Source: Octopus bimaculoides
Lineage: Eukaryota
Length of the DNA: 64,000 nt
Reading direction: 5' to 3'
NCBI RefSeq assembly: GCF_001194135.2
Contig: NC_068981.1
Span: 144,221,672 to 144,285,671 of the forward strand
Position 1 is the stretch's first letter; each line of letters opens with the position of its first letter. A program made the position numbers and the translations under genes. The notes below the pieces were generated by a model. That model saw nothing but the letters and a program-made list of their open reading frames with translations, ran no database searches and had not been told where the DNA came from. Of the stretch, positions 1 to 13,165 are shown piece by piece.

Positions 1-137
1 ACTACTATAACTTCAGGCATGGCACACTGGGCAAGTGTCAACTACTATAACTTCAGGCATGGCACACTGGGCAAGTGTCTACTACTATAACTTCAGGCAT
101 GGCACACTGGGCAAGTATCTACTACTATAACTTCAGG
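1..137 (+). repeat. 40-bp tandem repeat (3 full units plus a partial one) derived from a SINE body
   Basis: ACTACTATAACTTCAGGCATGGCACACTGGGCAAGTGTCT starts at 1, 41 and 81, with a partial unit at 121; it continues into SINE sequence (gtggatttg...gaaactgaaagaagcc). Confidence 0.9.
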
Positions 138-224
138 CTGACCCAAGGTTCTGTGTGGATTTGTTGGACAGAAACTGAAAGAAGCCTGGCCGCAGTCAAA
201 TGACCGAAACAAGTAAAGGAATAT

Positions 225-480
225 ATAAGAGATGTTAAAAGTGGTATGCAGGAGTGGAGAGTGTGTTGGTTTGGACATGTGGTGCGTATGACTGAAGACA
301 ACTGTATACAAAAGTGCCTGTCACTGAAAGTGGATGGTACCTGTGGAAGAGGGAGACCCAGGACGACTGGGATGACGTGGTGAGGACTGATCTTAGGATG
401 TTGGGCCTCACAGAGGAAATGACAGTAGACTGAGATGTTTGGCGGTATGAGGTCCTAGGGAAGACCCGTCCACGAAGCTG
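225..480 (+). mobile_element. Decayed LINE (RTE-like) ORF2 C-terminal fragment
   Basis: Translates to WRVCWFGHVVRMTEDNCIQKCLSLKVDGTCGRGRPRTT, the typical WFGHVxR...GRP end of RTE-type ORF2. Confidence 0.7.
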
Positions 481-946
481 AGTACTAGAAGTGTTGTGTC
501 TCACCCACATGTGTCCCAACACACTTCTCACCCACTCTACCCTAAGAAATCAAATTACAACTCCTCTTCTAATTGCATCTTTCTCTTCCTTACATTTCCT
601 CATCATAAATCATGATTGTTTTCCAATCCCCTTTCTTGCCCTCACTGCTCTGCTCACTATATCACTGCTCCCCACACCAACTCCCTATTTTTCTAAGCAG
701 GCTCTACACTCTTATTCTTGTTACTTGTGAGTATACCCTAGCACTACACCATCTCTTTTCTGTTCTGTCTTACACTTTTGTTGTTTCCTACTCTCTCTCT
801 CTCTTTCCCATTGGTCTCTCTCTCTCTCTTTCCCATTGGTCTCTCTCTCTCTCTCTCTTTCTCTTGTTTTTTCTCTGACTAGTGAACCAAGTATCTCCTT
901 TACACCAGCACACTTGTTTCTAGCTTCTTTCTGTACCTCTCTCTTA

Positions 947-981
<35 letters not shown>

Positions 982-2056
982 ACTGGGTAACCATGTACCT
1001 CCTCTATCGCAAGACACCTATTTCTCTGTTACTCTCTAACCTTTCATCATTTGATACTGGATCACCTTTAATACTCCTGTTGTGGCAAGACACCTGCTTT
1101 TGTCTCTCTGTCTCTTCGTCACACTCTAACTGACATCCTCTGACACAAATGCCCTCTCCCTCTCATAATTCCTTGTCTTGTGAGTTACATGGTACCACGT
1201 TAAAAGCATCCAGTCCACACTGTAACGTGGTTTACATCTGGAAGGGCATCCAGCTGCAAAAATGTTGCCAAAACTAACTTCGCCTGTGCTAGTGCCATGT
1301 AAAAAGCACTGAGTCCACTCTGTGGTGTGGTTGGCGTAAGCAAGGGCATCGAGGTGTACAATCCCTGCCAAAATATACAGAATAGCCTTGGGTAGATTTT
1401 CTACTTGGCCAGCTCCTACCATCCTACCCATGCTTGGATGGAAGATTGACATTAAACAATGATGATGATGATGGTATAAATGTATACACACACACACACA
1501 CACACACACACATGGGTATGTGTGTGTGTGTATATGTTTGTGTATGTATACATATACATGTCTGTCTGAGTGTGTTTGTGTCTGACCCTTGCCCACATAA
1601 GTTTCTGTTGCATTTTTGCCCAGTTTAGCACAAACCTTATTGCATAGTGAGCTTCCACATTGTGTTCATGCCCTGAGCGTATCCCGCTAACTAGTCAGTT
1701 GAAATAAGCAGTGTTTAGTAGGGTGTGTTCAAAGTGTTGTTACAACTGTCTTATTCAATCTGGAATAAAAAGAGGTGGCAGGTCAGATTATTAGTTGTAT
1801 AGTAATGATATACTAAAATTACAATAATCTAGAACAGTTATAACTGCTTCTCGAAATGCAACTCATGTCCTTACTGGCAAGAAATAAATTCTGTCACTGA
1901 ATGAAGAACAAATTGTATGACGCACAAGTATGAAGTGTGATTTGTACATGATAATGAAACATGGACATCAAATGTGTGTGTGTGGCGGGGGTAACGCGGA
2001 GGGGAAAAAATAAAGCTAGCATGGTTTGTCGCATGTGTAATGTAGGGTGTGTACAT

Positions 2057-2440
2057 TTTGTTGGCACTCCGTCGCTTATGACGTCGAGGGTTCCAGTTGA
2101 TCCGATCAACGAAACAGCCTGCTCATGAAATTAACATGCAAGTGGCTGAGCACTCCACAGACATGTGTACCCTTAACGTAGTTCTCGGGGATATTCAACG
2201 TGACACAGTGTGACAAGGCTGACCCTTTGAATTACAGGCACAACAGAAACAGGAAGTAAGAGTGAGAGAAAGTTGTGGTGAAAGAGTACAGCAGGGTTCG
2301 CTACTATCCCCTGCCGGAGCCTTGTGGAGCTTTAGGTGTTTTCGCTCAATAAACACTCACAACGCCCGGTCTGGGAATCGAAACCACGATCCTATGACCG
2401 CGAGTCTGCTGCCCTAACCACTGGGCCATTGCGCCTCCAC
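2057..2440 (-). mobile_element. Full-length tRNA-derived SINE with a 14-bp target-site duplication
   Basis: Minus-strand head GGAGGCGCAATGGCCCAGTGGTTAGGGCAGC...GGTTTCGATTCCC carries A and B boxes. The direct repeat TAGGGTGTGTACAT flanks it at 2043-2056 and 2441-2454. Confidence 0.9.
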
Positions 2441-2923
2441 TAGGGTGTGTACATAAAGTGAACATAAAGAATGAAGCACAAATGAAATGAGAGCAAAATT
2501 ATGTATAAAAGCAGTCTAATGTAGTGTGCAAGAGAGATGCTAAGTTGCCTGTATTTCTTTGACTGAATGGTTCAGCACTTTACTTCAGATTCACATAACT
2601 TAGGGTTCATTTCTTTCAAGGCACTTTATTTCTGATTGCTCCGGTCTACTCAGCTGGCAAAAATGAGTTGTACCTGTAAATGAAAGGGCTAGCCTTGTAA
2701 CATTCTGTGACATGCTGACTCTCTCTGAGAACTATGTTAAGGGTACGCATGTCTGTGGTGTGCTCAGCCACTTGCACATTTGTTTCATGAGCTGGCCGTT
2801 CAGTTGACTGGACGAACTGGAGAGCCAGGCCATTACAGGTCTATGTTGATCAATGCCTTGTACATGAAATTTAGTCCATGGAAACTGTAAGAAGCCTGTT
2901 GTATATGTATGTGAGTGAGCATG

Positions 2924-2957
<34 letters not shown>

Positions 2958-3313
2958 ATGCACGTGTGTGTATGTGTGTGCATGCGCATGTGTGTGTGTG
3001 CATGTGTGTTTGTGTGTGTGTGTGCATGTGTTTCTATCTTCTTCCCTTCTCATATGAACTCTAATAACTATAAACAAAGCTACCATCTTACAAACGGTGT
3101 CATTTGTTTACAATCCTTTGTGAAAGCATCTCTGACCATTGAGCTGCTCACTGTTCTAAGGACCAAATGAAATATTAACTTATATGCTAAGAGGTGGTGG
3201 GGTTGGTCACAAGAAAAGCATTTTGTTGTTTTAACATCCAATTTTCCATGCTTGCATAAATCAAACAACAGTTTTATTTGATCCATGCAAGTATTGAAAA
3301 TTGTGTGTTAAAA

Positions 3314-3368
<55 letters not shown>

Positions 3369-4850
3369 AATTGCAATATATCATTATCATTATCGTCATC
3401 ATCATCATCATCTTTGATGTCATCGTTGTCATTGTTTCAACATCTACATTTCTATATTTTCAAGCGTCAGATAAAATTCCTTGAGGCAGGTGTTTCTACT
3501 GCCAGACAGTCTTCCTGTTGCCAGCCATCACCTGTTTCCAAGCAAGGCAATATGTTTATTATTAATGTGTAATATCCAGACGCTAGACAACCAACACACA
3601 CACCCACACACAATGAGTTTTGTCTTTATTTTAGTTTCTGTCTACCAAATTCCTTCAAAAAGCTGTAATGGAGGACATTTACCCAAGGTGCCATGATGTG
3701 AAACTGAACCCAGAACCACTATACATGTGTGCGTGTACTAATAAATGAGCAGCAGAAATCTGGATTCTGCCTTTAAGGGTTTAATTAATCAATATTTTGT
3801 CTGGTGTAAGGTCTCAAGCTTCACATGAAATAGATGTTATTTCAGAATCTCATTCTCCCAGACTGATGTCTAAGTAAAGACTACAGGTCTCCCACTTCCA
3901 GCCATTGCGTGGCCATTGACACTGCTGAGTTCATCCTTTGACGAATTTTGTATTTGTCCTGCCGGGTGTCCAATGCAAACCACCCTCCTCACCAAGAGGG
4001 CTTAGTAGGGTTGCTGGTTTGGTCACCAACAGCCCAAACATGTGACAGGTTGTAGATAGCACCAAGAGTGACCTGATGTAAGATTAGTCTTTGTTTCTGG
4101 ACTACTTGGCTTTGTAGGTTAGTCTTAGTGGTGGTGTGCTAGCTGTTATTAACTTTAAGTTTCAGCATGGACATTGCTGATAGCAACCATATATGAATGT
4201 ATAGGTAAGAAAAAAAAAAGGGTAAAGTTTCCTTCTGGAGTTATGCCAACTCATAAGGGCTGATTTCCTGGTTTTCATGGCGTATATATTCCCCACCTGG
4301 ACAGGACATGCTGGTCCATCACAGGATTACTCATCTTTGCCAATTGAGTGGACTGGAATAACATGAAAAGAAGTGTTTTGCTCAAGAACACAACATGTCA
4401 CTCAGTTCAGGAATCGAAACCACAATCTTACAATCATGAGTCCAACACTGTAACCACTAAGCTATACATCCCTACTATGAATGTATAGATGTGCACGTGT
4501 ATGTATACATGCATGTATGTAAATAAAAATACATTGAAACAAATATCAATTAATGCACATTTGTTGGATGGTGAGCTGGCAGAATTGGTAGGTTGCTGGT
4601 CAAAATGTTTAGTGGCATTTTGTCTGTCTTTATGTTCTGAGTTCAAATGCTGTCAAGGTCAACCTTGTCTTTCACCCTTTTGGCATTGACAAAATAAGTA
4701 TGAGTCGAGCACTGGGGGCAATGTAATTGATGTAATAGTGTGTATGCATGTGTCTCTACATGCACACATACACACACACAATTGCATTTTTATACACTAC
4801 ATATGCTCTCTCTCTCTCTCTGTGTGTCTCTCTCTCTGTGTCTCTCTCTC

Positions 4851-5072
4851 TTTACTCTTTTACTTGTCTCAGTCATTTGACTGTGGCCATGCTGGAGCAC
4901 CACCTTTAGTCGATCAGATCGACCCCAGGACTTATTCTTTGTAAGCCTAGTACTTATTCTATCGGTCTCTTTTGCTGAACTGCTAAGTTTTGGGGACATA
5001 AACACACCAGCATCAGTTGTCAAACGACGGTGGTGGGGGAGACAGATNNNNNNNNNNNNNNNNNNNNNNNNN

Positions 5073-5122
<50 letters not shown>

Positions 5123-5302
5123 GTACACACATATATACGATGGGCTTCTTTCAGTTTCTGTCTACCAAATCCACTCACAAGGCTTTGGTCAGCCTGAGGC
5201 TATAGTAGAAGACACTTGCCCAAGGTGCCACGCAGTGGGACTGAACCCAGAACCATGTGGCTGGTAAGCAAGCTACTTTCCACACAGCTACACCTACACC
5301 TA
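4851..5302 (-). mobile_element. tRNA-derived SINE, family A (internal CA/TA microsatellite)
   Basis: Same sequence family as 34203-34609, 49545-49965, 51085-51470 and 61291-61495; B-box-like GGTTCAGTCCC in the head. Confidence 0.85.
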
Positions 5303-5586
5303 TGCATGCATCTTTTTTTCAGAAATAATACAAAAATCCTTGATAGAATTATTCTCTTCTGCTCTTATCCAGGGCCTGGTCCTGCTTGTAAAGAAGCTAA
5401 GCTACCTAAGAGGGGTCAACATGAAGAGAATTTGTACATTTTTTAAAACTTATTTCTGAAACTGCTTCTGTTTACGTTTTCATAAATGTGGTGTCGTGAC
5501 CTTGGACTGATAAATTTTCTAATTTTCTTTTTGTTCCTGTATTTTGTTTTGCTTTATCTTATCCCTTTTTTTTTCTTCTATGTAAG

Positions 5587-5685
5587 CTTTGAACCAAGCC
5601 CTGAAAAATGTCGAAGTGCCCTTGCTGCTGCTCTTAGTAAAATATTCTGGCAAGCTGGTGAACATAAATCAGCAGTCGTAACTTT
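5587..5685 (+). CDS. MINDY4: MINDY4/FAM188B-type deubiquitinase, first coding exon in the window (FEPSPEKCRSALAAALSKIFWQAGEHKSAVVTL)
   Basis: AG at 5585-86 after a pyrimidine tract and GTGAGT donor at 5686; 99 nt, phase 2-2. Resembles the MINDY4 segment as I recall it ([20 protein letters not shown]). No upstream exon with the GGPCG catalytic-Cys motif was found in the window. Confidence 0.9.
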
Positions 5686-7182
5686 GTGAGTATACTTTTA
5701 TACATTTAAATTGTAGTCATTCATATTCAAAGTCACGTGGTTATTCATTTCTTCTTATCAAATGGAATTCCTGATTTCAGTTTTTATTATCTCTTTTAAA
5801 AACAACTTTAAAAATACAGCACAGCAATAAGAAACTTTTTGCAGAGATTTGAAAACTACAGCACAATCCCTCTACCATAATAAATTAAGAATTAGCTTCA
5901 AGTCTATTTATTTATCTTTTTGCTATGTTATCTATTTTGATATGCACTCCTCCAATGCACATCATGTTTTCAACGAATCTAGAGAGCCATATTGTTGAAG
6001 TGTCTCCCTTGATGATGCGGATGCAATAAGATGTCTTTTTTTTGTTGTTGTTGTTATGTTTAGTGTCGAACAGTTTTAATCAGCATTCGTTGATGAAATT
6101 TATGGGACAGAATTACCTATTCAAATGTGTGCAGACATCTTGAAGCTGTTTTACATTAGTTGTTATGCTATACTTCAGTCTGGTTGGAAGCTACACTGTA
6201 CAGTTGCATATTTATTGCCCTCTGTTGGTGCTTTACATCTGGGAGAGGGCCGTTTTTAGTTACTGCTGTTGTTATAGAGGAAAGTGAATTACAAAAACTG
6301 CTAGTGTCAGACAAATTAGTTTATGTTATTTAGGGGCAGCTTTTTACAATCTGAATTCAAATTCCACTGTAGTTCATTTTGCCTTTCATTTTTCTGGGGT
6401 TGATAAAATAAAGTGCCAAGTGCAGGACACTATTTTCCATAATTGACTATTCCCACTCCTTGAAACTTCAGACTTTGTACATGTGTTAGAAACTTTATTT
6501 CTAAAGAGTGATAGATTTACAAAATGGTGAGCACATTGGACAAAGATACCTTGTAGTGTTTCTTTTGGCTCATTATTCTGCCAACATCAACTTTATTTCT
6601 CATTTATCTAGTGTTGATAAAATTAAATTTTGGTCAAGTTCTTGGCTTAATTTATCAACCAAACCTTCCATCAAATTTCAACTTTCAGCAATGTTGTTGT
6701 TATTTAGCCCAGATCAACCTTGATTGAGTAGATGTACAATCAAAGGAACTCCAGCCATGACTATTTATCCTGTCTTCTTTTCTGTATATTTAAGACTGCA
6801 TTATTGAGTATGTCCTTCTTTTTTTTTTCAAGATAAAGTATGATGTAAAAGAGATTTGATTGTCCTTTCTATCAAATTAAATCACTGCATGTTGCCTTCC
6901 TTGATTAGCTCATACAGCTGTTGTTTCAGTCATAGTAACATGGATATTGCTCTTTGCAGACTTTCAGATTGGCATTAATACTGTTGTTATTTAACCAGGC
7001 ACATGCCCATGCAGTGTCCTGTAAAAGTGCCTGTGTGGTGCCACGTAAAAACGCCCAGCATACTCTGTAAAGTGGTTGGAAACCATTCTAAATCAGACTG
7101 AAGCCTGGCGCAACTCCCCAGCTTCCCTGCTCTGGCCAAACTGTCTAACCCATGCCAGCATGGACAACAGATGTTAAAAGAC

Positions 7183-7258
<76 letters not shown>
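7183..7258 (+). repeat. (GAT)n microsatellite, an expanded tail of a LINE-end repeat
   Basis: About 25 GAT units following GATGTTAAAAGAC. Confidence 0.9.
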
Positions 7259-7610
7259 TGACTCTAATCAAGCGGACTTATGATTAAAAGCATTCTATCC
7301 ATGACTATATCTTCTTATTTTCAAGTATAGTGTACATAGAAGTCATAAACAAACTGTGACTCACAGAACTTTCTGAGTGGTGTGCCAATAAAAAATTACC
7401 CTGAATTGTTTTTAGTAGTGCCACCCACTTTATGACGAGTCATGTACTATGTGGCCCACTTTTTGAAAAAGGTTGCCATGGTGCCTGTTCTAGAGAAACT
7501 TTCTAAAATATTTCCTTTTCTTTTTTCAAGTGATAGAATGTAACTTGAGGGAAATTTTGGTTGCATATAAGTTCTTTCACAGATGATTTATCCCTCCAAC
7601 TTCTCTTGCA

Positions 7611-7641
<31 letters not shown>

Positions 7642-8233
7642 AATCTCTTTCTCTCCTTCTCTCTAGCATGTATTAAACTGAAGGGATGGAATTGTTAAAC
7701 TGTTGCTCTCTGTCATATGATTTCTGATAGCACCCAGTATCGTATACATGTGCAAACCAAAAGTCAGAAGCTTCTTGTCATCTTCTTTTGCAATGGTAAA
7801 ACTTTATAGCACCTCTGACATAAATGGAACTTGCAAGGTTTTACAAATATCAATACATAAAATGCAAACACATTAAAAAAAATACATCTTTGTGAACGAG
7901 TTTTTATTTTCGTACCAGAACTCAGCAGTTCGAATTATTGGATAACATTTTTCTTTTCCATATTTTCGTTATTATGTATGTTTGTGTGTGTGTGCATATA
8001 TATAAATTATAAGAAAAATATGGAAAAGAAAACTGCAATCCACACACATTCATGCATATATATAAATACATGCATATATATAAATACATGCATATATATA
8101 AACCATGCATATATCCATACATATATATTAACACATGCACATACTTACACATAATATGTGTGTGACACATATATTTCCATATGTGTGTGTATTATACACA
8201 CACACACACTCTCATTTTCTTACTCTCTCCTTT

Positions 8234-8290
<57 letters not shown>

Positions 8291-8984
8291 TATGTTTTCC
8301 TACTTCAAAATATTTTCTTTTTTCATTTGTATTTCTACTAGGAAATTGCATTGGAGATTTGAATTGCCAAGAGCCAACTTCTTGATTTCATGGCTCTTAA
8401 TATATTCAGGAATAAAATATTCATAATTGATGAATTTTGTTCTGAAATATACATATATGTAATACGTTGAGATGGTTGACAGCTCATACTCGCTACCCTT
8501 TATTCATATTCTATCAGCATGCTATTTCTTCGCACTGTATTTTCATACTATGTATTCTTACCATATCTTTGATTGTATTTCTTCTTTACTTTGTCTCCAT
8601 ATTTCTTGTATATCATGTTCTGTCTTCATACAATAATATTATAAGAAAAGACAATATTACATCTTTTTTATCTCTATAAATACTAACTGAAACGCCTGGT
8701 GGGAATTAAGACATTTTATTGCGAATAATGTAGCTCATGAATACCTTAGACCCAATGTATGATAACATGTCAGGGCTGATCAGTAAATAAAAGGGGTATA
8801 GAGCCCCTTCTCCTTTTATATTACCTTTTTTTTAATCCTTTCTACTAAAGACACAAGGACTGAAATTGTGAGGAAGGGGATTAGTCGATTACATCAACCC
8901 CAGTGTTTTAGTGGTACTTAATTTATCAACCTTGAAGGATGAAAAGCAAAATCAACATCTAATAATAATAATTAAAATAATGAC

Positions 8985-9032
<48 letters not shown>

Positions 9033-9249
9033 AAAAATGATGCACTGATACAAAACAAAGCAGTGACTCTTATGTCTTCTGATCTTAACTGATTGGAAGT
9101 GTTACCATGTACACGTTTTGTCTCAGTGTAAAAGATGGGTTACAACAAATGTTTTGCTCAGTGCCACAGATTTGCATGTTAGTCGCTTGACATTAACTGT
9201 CCATTACTGGCATGTCCATTACTGGTAGACAATAATGTTCCAGCTTCAG

Positions 9250-9620
9250 TATTCAATCCTCAGAAGAGGAGAATTTGGTAAAAAAAAAACATATTTGGTT
9301 TCTGTGCCTATCCTCAGTTTTGGTCATGAATGTTAGGCATGACCGAAAGAATATGATGATGAATTCAAGTGGTTCCTCTGAAAGATCTCTGGAGTGACAT
9401 TACTTCACAGAGTATGTAGCTCAGAGATCAGGGAGTTGAAGTACTACTTCTCTGCATTGTGAGTTCACAGCTCCAGTACTATGGACATGTGATGAGAATG
9501 CCTCAAGAAAGAACTGCAAGATAGATTCTTCAGTCTGATTTAATTGGGAGAAAAATCTAAGGGTAGACCAAAAATGAAATGGTTGGATAATATCCATAGT
9601 CTCACTTGGAAATCCAGCCG
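9250..9620 (+). mobile_element. Decayed RTE-like LINE 3' fragment
   Basis: Frameshifted PILSFGHEC...QLQYYGHVMRMPQERTAR...GRPKMKWLDNI. Confidence 0.7.
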
Positions 9621-9981
9621 AAAAGTATAATGTTGGTTGCTTCTGACAGGACCCATGGAGGAGATGATGGTGGGCTTACAGAAAAAATGAGGTTGTACCA
9701 ATTGTCATTGCAGCCATAGGAACAATGGGGAAAACGCTTGAGAAATGGACAGGAAATATTGGCTTGCAGAAGCACATAGAATACATGCAACTGGCCTGCT
9801 TTGAAATAATAATAATAATCCTTTCTGCTATAGGCACTAGGCCTGAAATTGTGAGGAAGGGATTAAGTCAATTACATTGACACCAGAACTCAACTGGTAC
9901 TTTATTTATCGACCCCAAAACGTGAAAGGCAAAGTCGATCTCATTCTGATTTGTGCACAAGGCTACCAATGCAGTGGAGGG

Positions 9982-10019
<38 letters not shown>

Positions 10020-10642
10020 NNNNNNNNNNNNNNNNNNNNNNNNNNNNNNNNNNNNNNNNNNNNNNNNNNNNNNNNNNNNNNNNNNNNNNNNNNNNNNNNN
10101 NNNNNNNNNNNNNNNNNNNNNNNNNNNNNNNNNNNNNNNNNNNNNNNNNNNNNNNNNNNNNNNNNNNNNNNNNNNNNNNNNNNNNNNNNNNNNNNNNNNN
10201 NNNNNNNNNNNNNNNNNNNNNNNNNNNNNNNNNNNNNNNNNNNNNNNNNNNNNNNNNNNNNNNNNNNNNNNNNNNNNNNNNNNNNNNNNNNNNNNNNNNN
10301 NNNNNNNNNNNNNNNNNNNNNNNNNNNNNNNNNNNNNNNNNNNNNNNNNNNNNNNTGTCACTCCGGTCAGTTATGACAACAAGTGTTCCAGTTGATCCAG
10401 TCAACTGAACAACCTGGTCATGATATCAAGCGTGCAAGTGGCTGAGCACTCCACAAACACGTGTACCCTTAATGTAGTTCTAAGGGAGATTCAGCGTGAT
10501 AGTGTGTGACAAGGCTGGCCCCTTTCAAGTACAGATACTACTCACTTTTCGCCAGCTGAGTGGACTGGAACAACGTGAAATAGTGTGTTGCTCAAGGTCT
10601 CGCAATCATAAGCAAATTACCCTAACCACTAAGCCATGTGCC

Positions 10643-10677
<35 letters not shown>

Positions 10678-11012
10678 TTAACGTCCGTTTTCCATACTAG
10701 TATGAGTGGGATGGTTCCACAAGAGCAAGCCAGGCCGAAGCCTGCACCAGACTTCTGTGACTGTTTTGGCAAGATTTCTACTGCTGGATGCCCTTCCTAA
10801 CACCAACCACTCAGTAGAGAGAACTTAGTGCCTTTTACATGGCACAAGCACAGACGAGGTCAGTTTTGGCAAGGTTTTTACAGCTGGATGCCCTTCTGAG
10901 CATCAACCACTTTATAGTGTGGACTTGATGCTTTTAAGTAGCACCTGCACTGACAGAGTTACCAAGTACTTGCTAGACATAAAAAAAAAATATAGCCAGC
11001 TGATGTTGCTAC

Positions 11013-11055
11013 TTCAGGCTGATGACGAGCAATGACTCAGAAACATGTCCCTGAA
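11013..11055 (+). ncRNA. Minimal type I hammerhead ribozyme motif
   Basis: TTCAGG-CTGATGA-C-GAG-CAATGA-CTC-A-GAAA-C-AT-GTC-CCTGAA. Stem I is 6 perfect bp, the core is intact, helix III is the palindrome ACATGT, and the 10.1/11.1 position is a C.A mismatch. Confidence 0.75.
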
Positions 11056-11209
11056 TGCACACTAGGCTGAGTGGGGGTGCTTGTCTCCCCCTCACAAATA
11101 TAAGGACACAGTCCAGCTTTCTAGGGCTAAATAGCAGCAGTATGATTCCCTTATTGGGACTGTCACATTAAGTTGACAGTATACAACTGCTTTATACACC
11201 CATATATAT

Positions 11210-11433
11210 CATCATCATCATCATCATCGTTTAACGTCCGCTTTCCATGCTAGCATGGGTTGGACGATTTGACTGAGGACTGGTGAAACCGGATGGCAAC
11301 ACCAGGCTCCAGTCTGATTTGGCAGAGTTTCTACAGCTGGATGCCCTTCCTAACGCCAACCACTCAGAGAGTGTAGTGGGTGCTTTTACGTGTCACCCGC
11401 ACGAAAACGGCCACGCTCGAAATGGTGTCTTTT
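11210..11433 (-). mobile_element. (GAT)n-tailed LINE 3'-end/SINE-like repeat, young copy
   Basis: Begins with (CAT)n-GTTTAACGTCCGCTTTCCATGCTAGCATGGG. Many more copies occur in the window, for example at 15590, 20805, 21415, 28525 and 33175. Confidence 0.8.
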
Positions 11434-11997
11434 NNNNNNNNNNNNNNNNNNNNNNNNNNNNNNNNNNNNNNNNNNNNNNNNNNNNNNNNNNNNNNNNNNN
11501 NNNNNNNNNNNNNNNNNNNNNNNNNNNNNNNNNNNNNNNNNNNNNNNNNNNNNNNNNNNNNNNNNNNNNNNNNNNNNNNNNNNNNNNNNNNNNNNNNNNN
11601 NNNNNNNNNNNNNNNNNNNNNNNNNNNNNNNNNNNNNNNNNNNNNNNNNNNNNNNNNNNNNNNNNNNNNNNNNNNNNNNNNNNNNNNNNNNNNNNNNNNN
11701 NNNNNNNNNNNNNNNNNNNNNNNNNNNNNNNNNNNNNNNNNNNNNNNNNNNNNNNNNNNNNNNNNNNNNNNNNNNNNNNNNNNNNNNNNNNNNNNNNNNN
11801 NNNNNNNNNNNNNNNNNNNNNNNNNNNNNNNNNNNNNNNNNNNNNNNNNNNNNNNNNNNNNNNNNNNNNNNNNNNNNNNNNNNNNNNNNNNNNNNNNNNN
11901 NNNNNNNNNNNNNNNNNNNNNNNNNNNNNNNNNNNNNNNNNNNNNNNNNNNNNNNNNNNNNNNNNNNNNNNNNNNNNNNNNNNNNNNNNNNNNNNNN

Positions 11998-12232
11998 CTT
12001 GTGCGGGTGGCACATAAAAGACACCATTTTGAGCGTGGCCATTTTCGTGCGGGTGACACGTAAAAGCACCCACTACACTCTCTGAGTGGTTGGCGTTAGG
12101 AAGGGCATCCAGCTGTAGAAACTCTGCCAAATTAGACTGGAGCCGGGTGTAGCCATCCGGTTGCACCAGTCCTCAGTCAAATCGTCCAACCCATGCTAGC
12201 ATGGAAAGCGGACGTTAAACAATGATGATGAT
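11998..12232 (+). mobile_element. (GAT)n-tailed LINE 3'-end/SINE-like repeat, inverted near-identical partner of 11210-11433
   Basis: Its reverse complement matches 11210-11433 with only a handful of substitutions; it ends GGACGTTAAACAATGATGATGAT. Confidence 0.8.
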
Positions 12233-13165
12233 ATAATTAATCATTGTATCCTGATACACCTCCAACACCATCTGTTTCTCTCTATCTCTCTCTCTCTGTA
12301 CTTCTCTCTAACTCCATCTCACTTCCACCTCTTTTCTTTTCCTACTGGGGTAGCCAAGTATCTTCTCTTTAGTAAGTCATCCATCTCTGTCTCTGTTTTA
12401 CTTTAACCTCTCAACTGGCGTTCTTTCACTACGACTTCCTCTCCTTGTCTTTGTCATGCAAGTTACTTGGTGACCCTGCTGGTGCTGGTGCTAGTGCCAT
12501 GGTAAAAGCGCTAGTGCTGGCACCACATAAAAAGTACCCAGTATATTCCGTAAAGTGGTTGGCATTAGGAAGGGCAACTAGCCATAGAAACCATGCCAAA
12601 GCAGACGGTTAGAGCTTGCTGCAGCTCCGTGTCTTGCCAGCTCCTGTCAAACTGTCCGTCCCATGCCAGCATGGAAAAGGAGCATTAATTGATGATAACG
12701 ATCTTCTACTATGATAATACTCTAGTGTTTTTCTTCCTTCACAATATATGAATGCGAAAGGAAGGGGTGATAGATGAATAAGGAAGGAAGGGGTGATGGC
12801 AAACTGGTTGTGGGAGCATTTCAACTCTGTGTGAGTGTATGTATGTGTGTGTGTGTGTGCACAAGGGAAGTATGTGAATGTTTGTATGTGTGAACCAGCG
12901 TTGTTTCAGTAACAAATGATGATTGATGTCACATCTCAAAAGACAACCTACTAGATAACATTGACAAATGTATTAATTTGATTTGCCATCCATATTCATA
13001 TATAAAATACAACAGTTAGCTGTCATTTTTTATAACACCGGGGGGGTGGGGGCAGCTAGTGATGATAATAATGAATTGCAAAGTTCCACAAAGACTGAGA
13101 GTGTCATGTACAAAGCTCTCAGACCTTGAGTAATTTTGTAACTTCTGCTGAGTAAATGAAATATA

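Noticed and set aside
1-137. CRISPR-like regular repeat
   Set aside because: The units are contiguous with no unique spacers, derive from a SINE, and the context is eukaryotic.
2370-2440. tRNA-like sequence on the minus strand
   Set aside because: It is the head of a SINE with a TSD and a long non-tRNA body, and lacks a complete acceptor stem.
1-5586. Upstream MINDY4 exon with the catalytic Cys (GGPCG)
   Set aside because: I searched by eye and did not find it; it presumably lies before the window.
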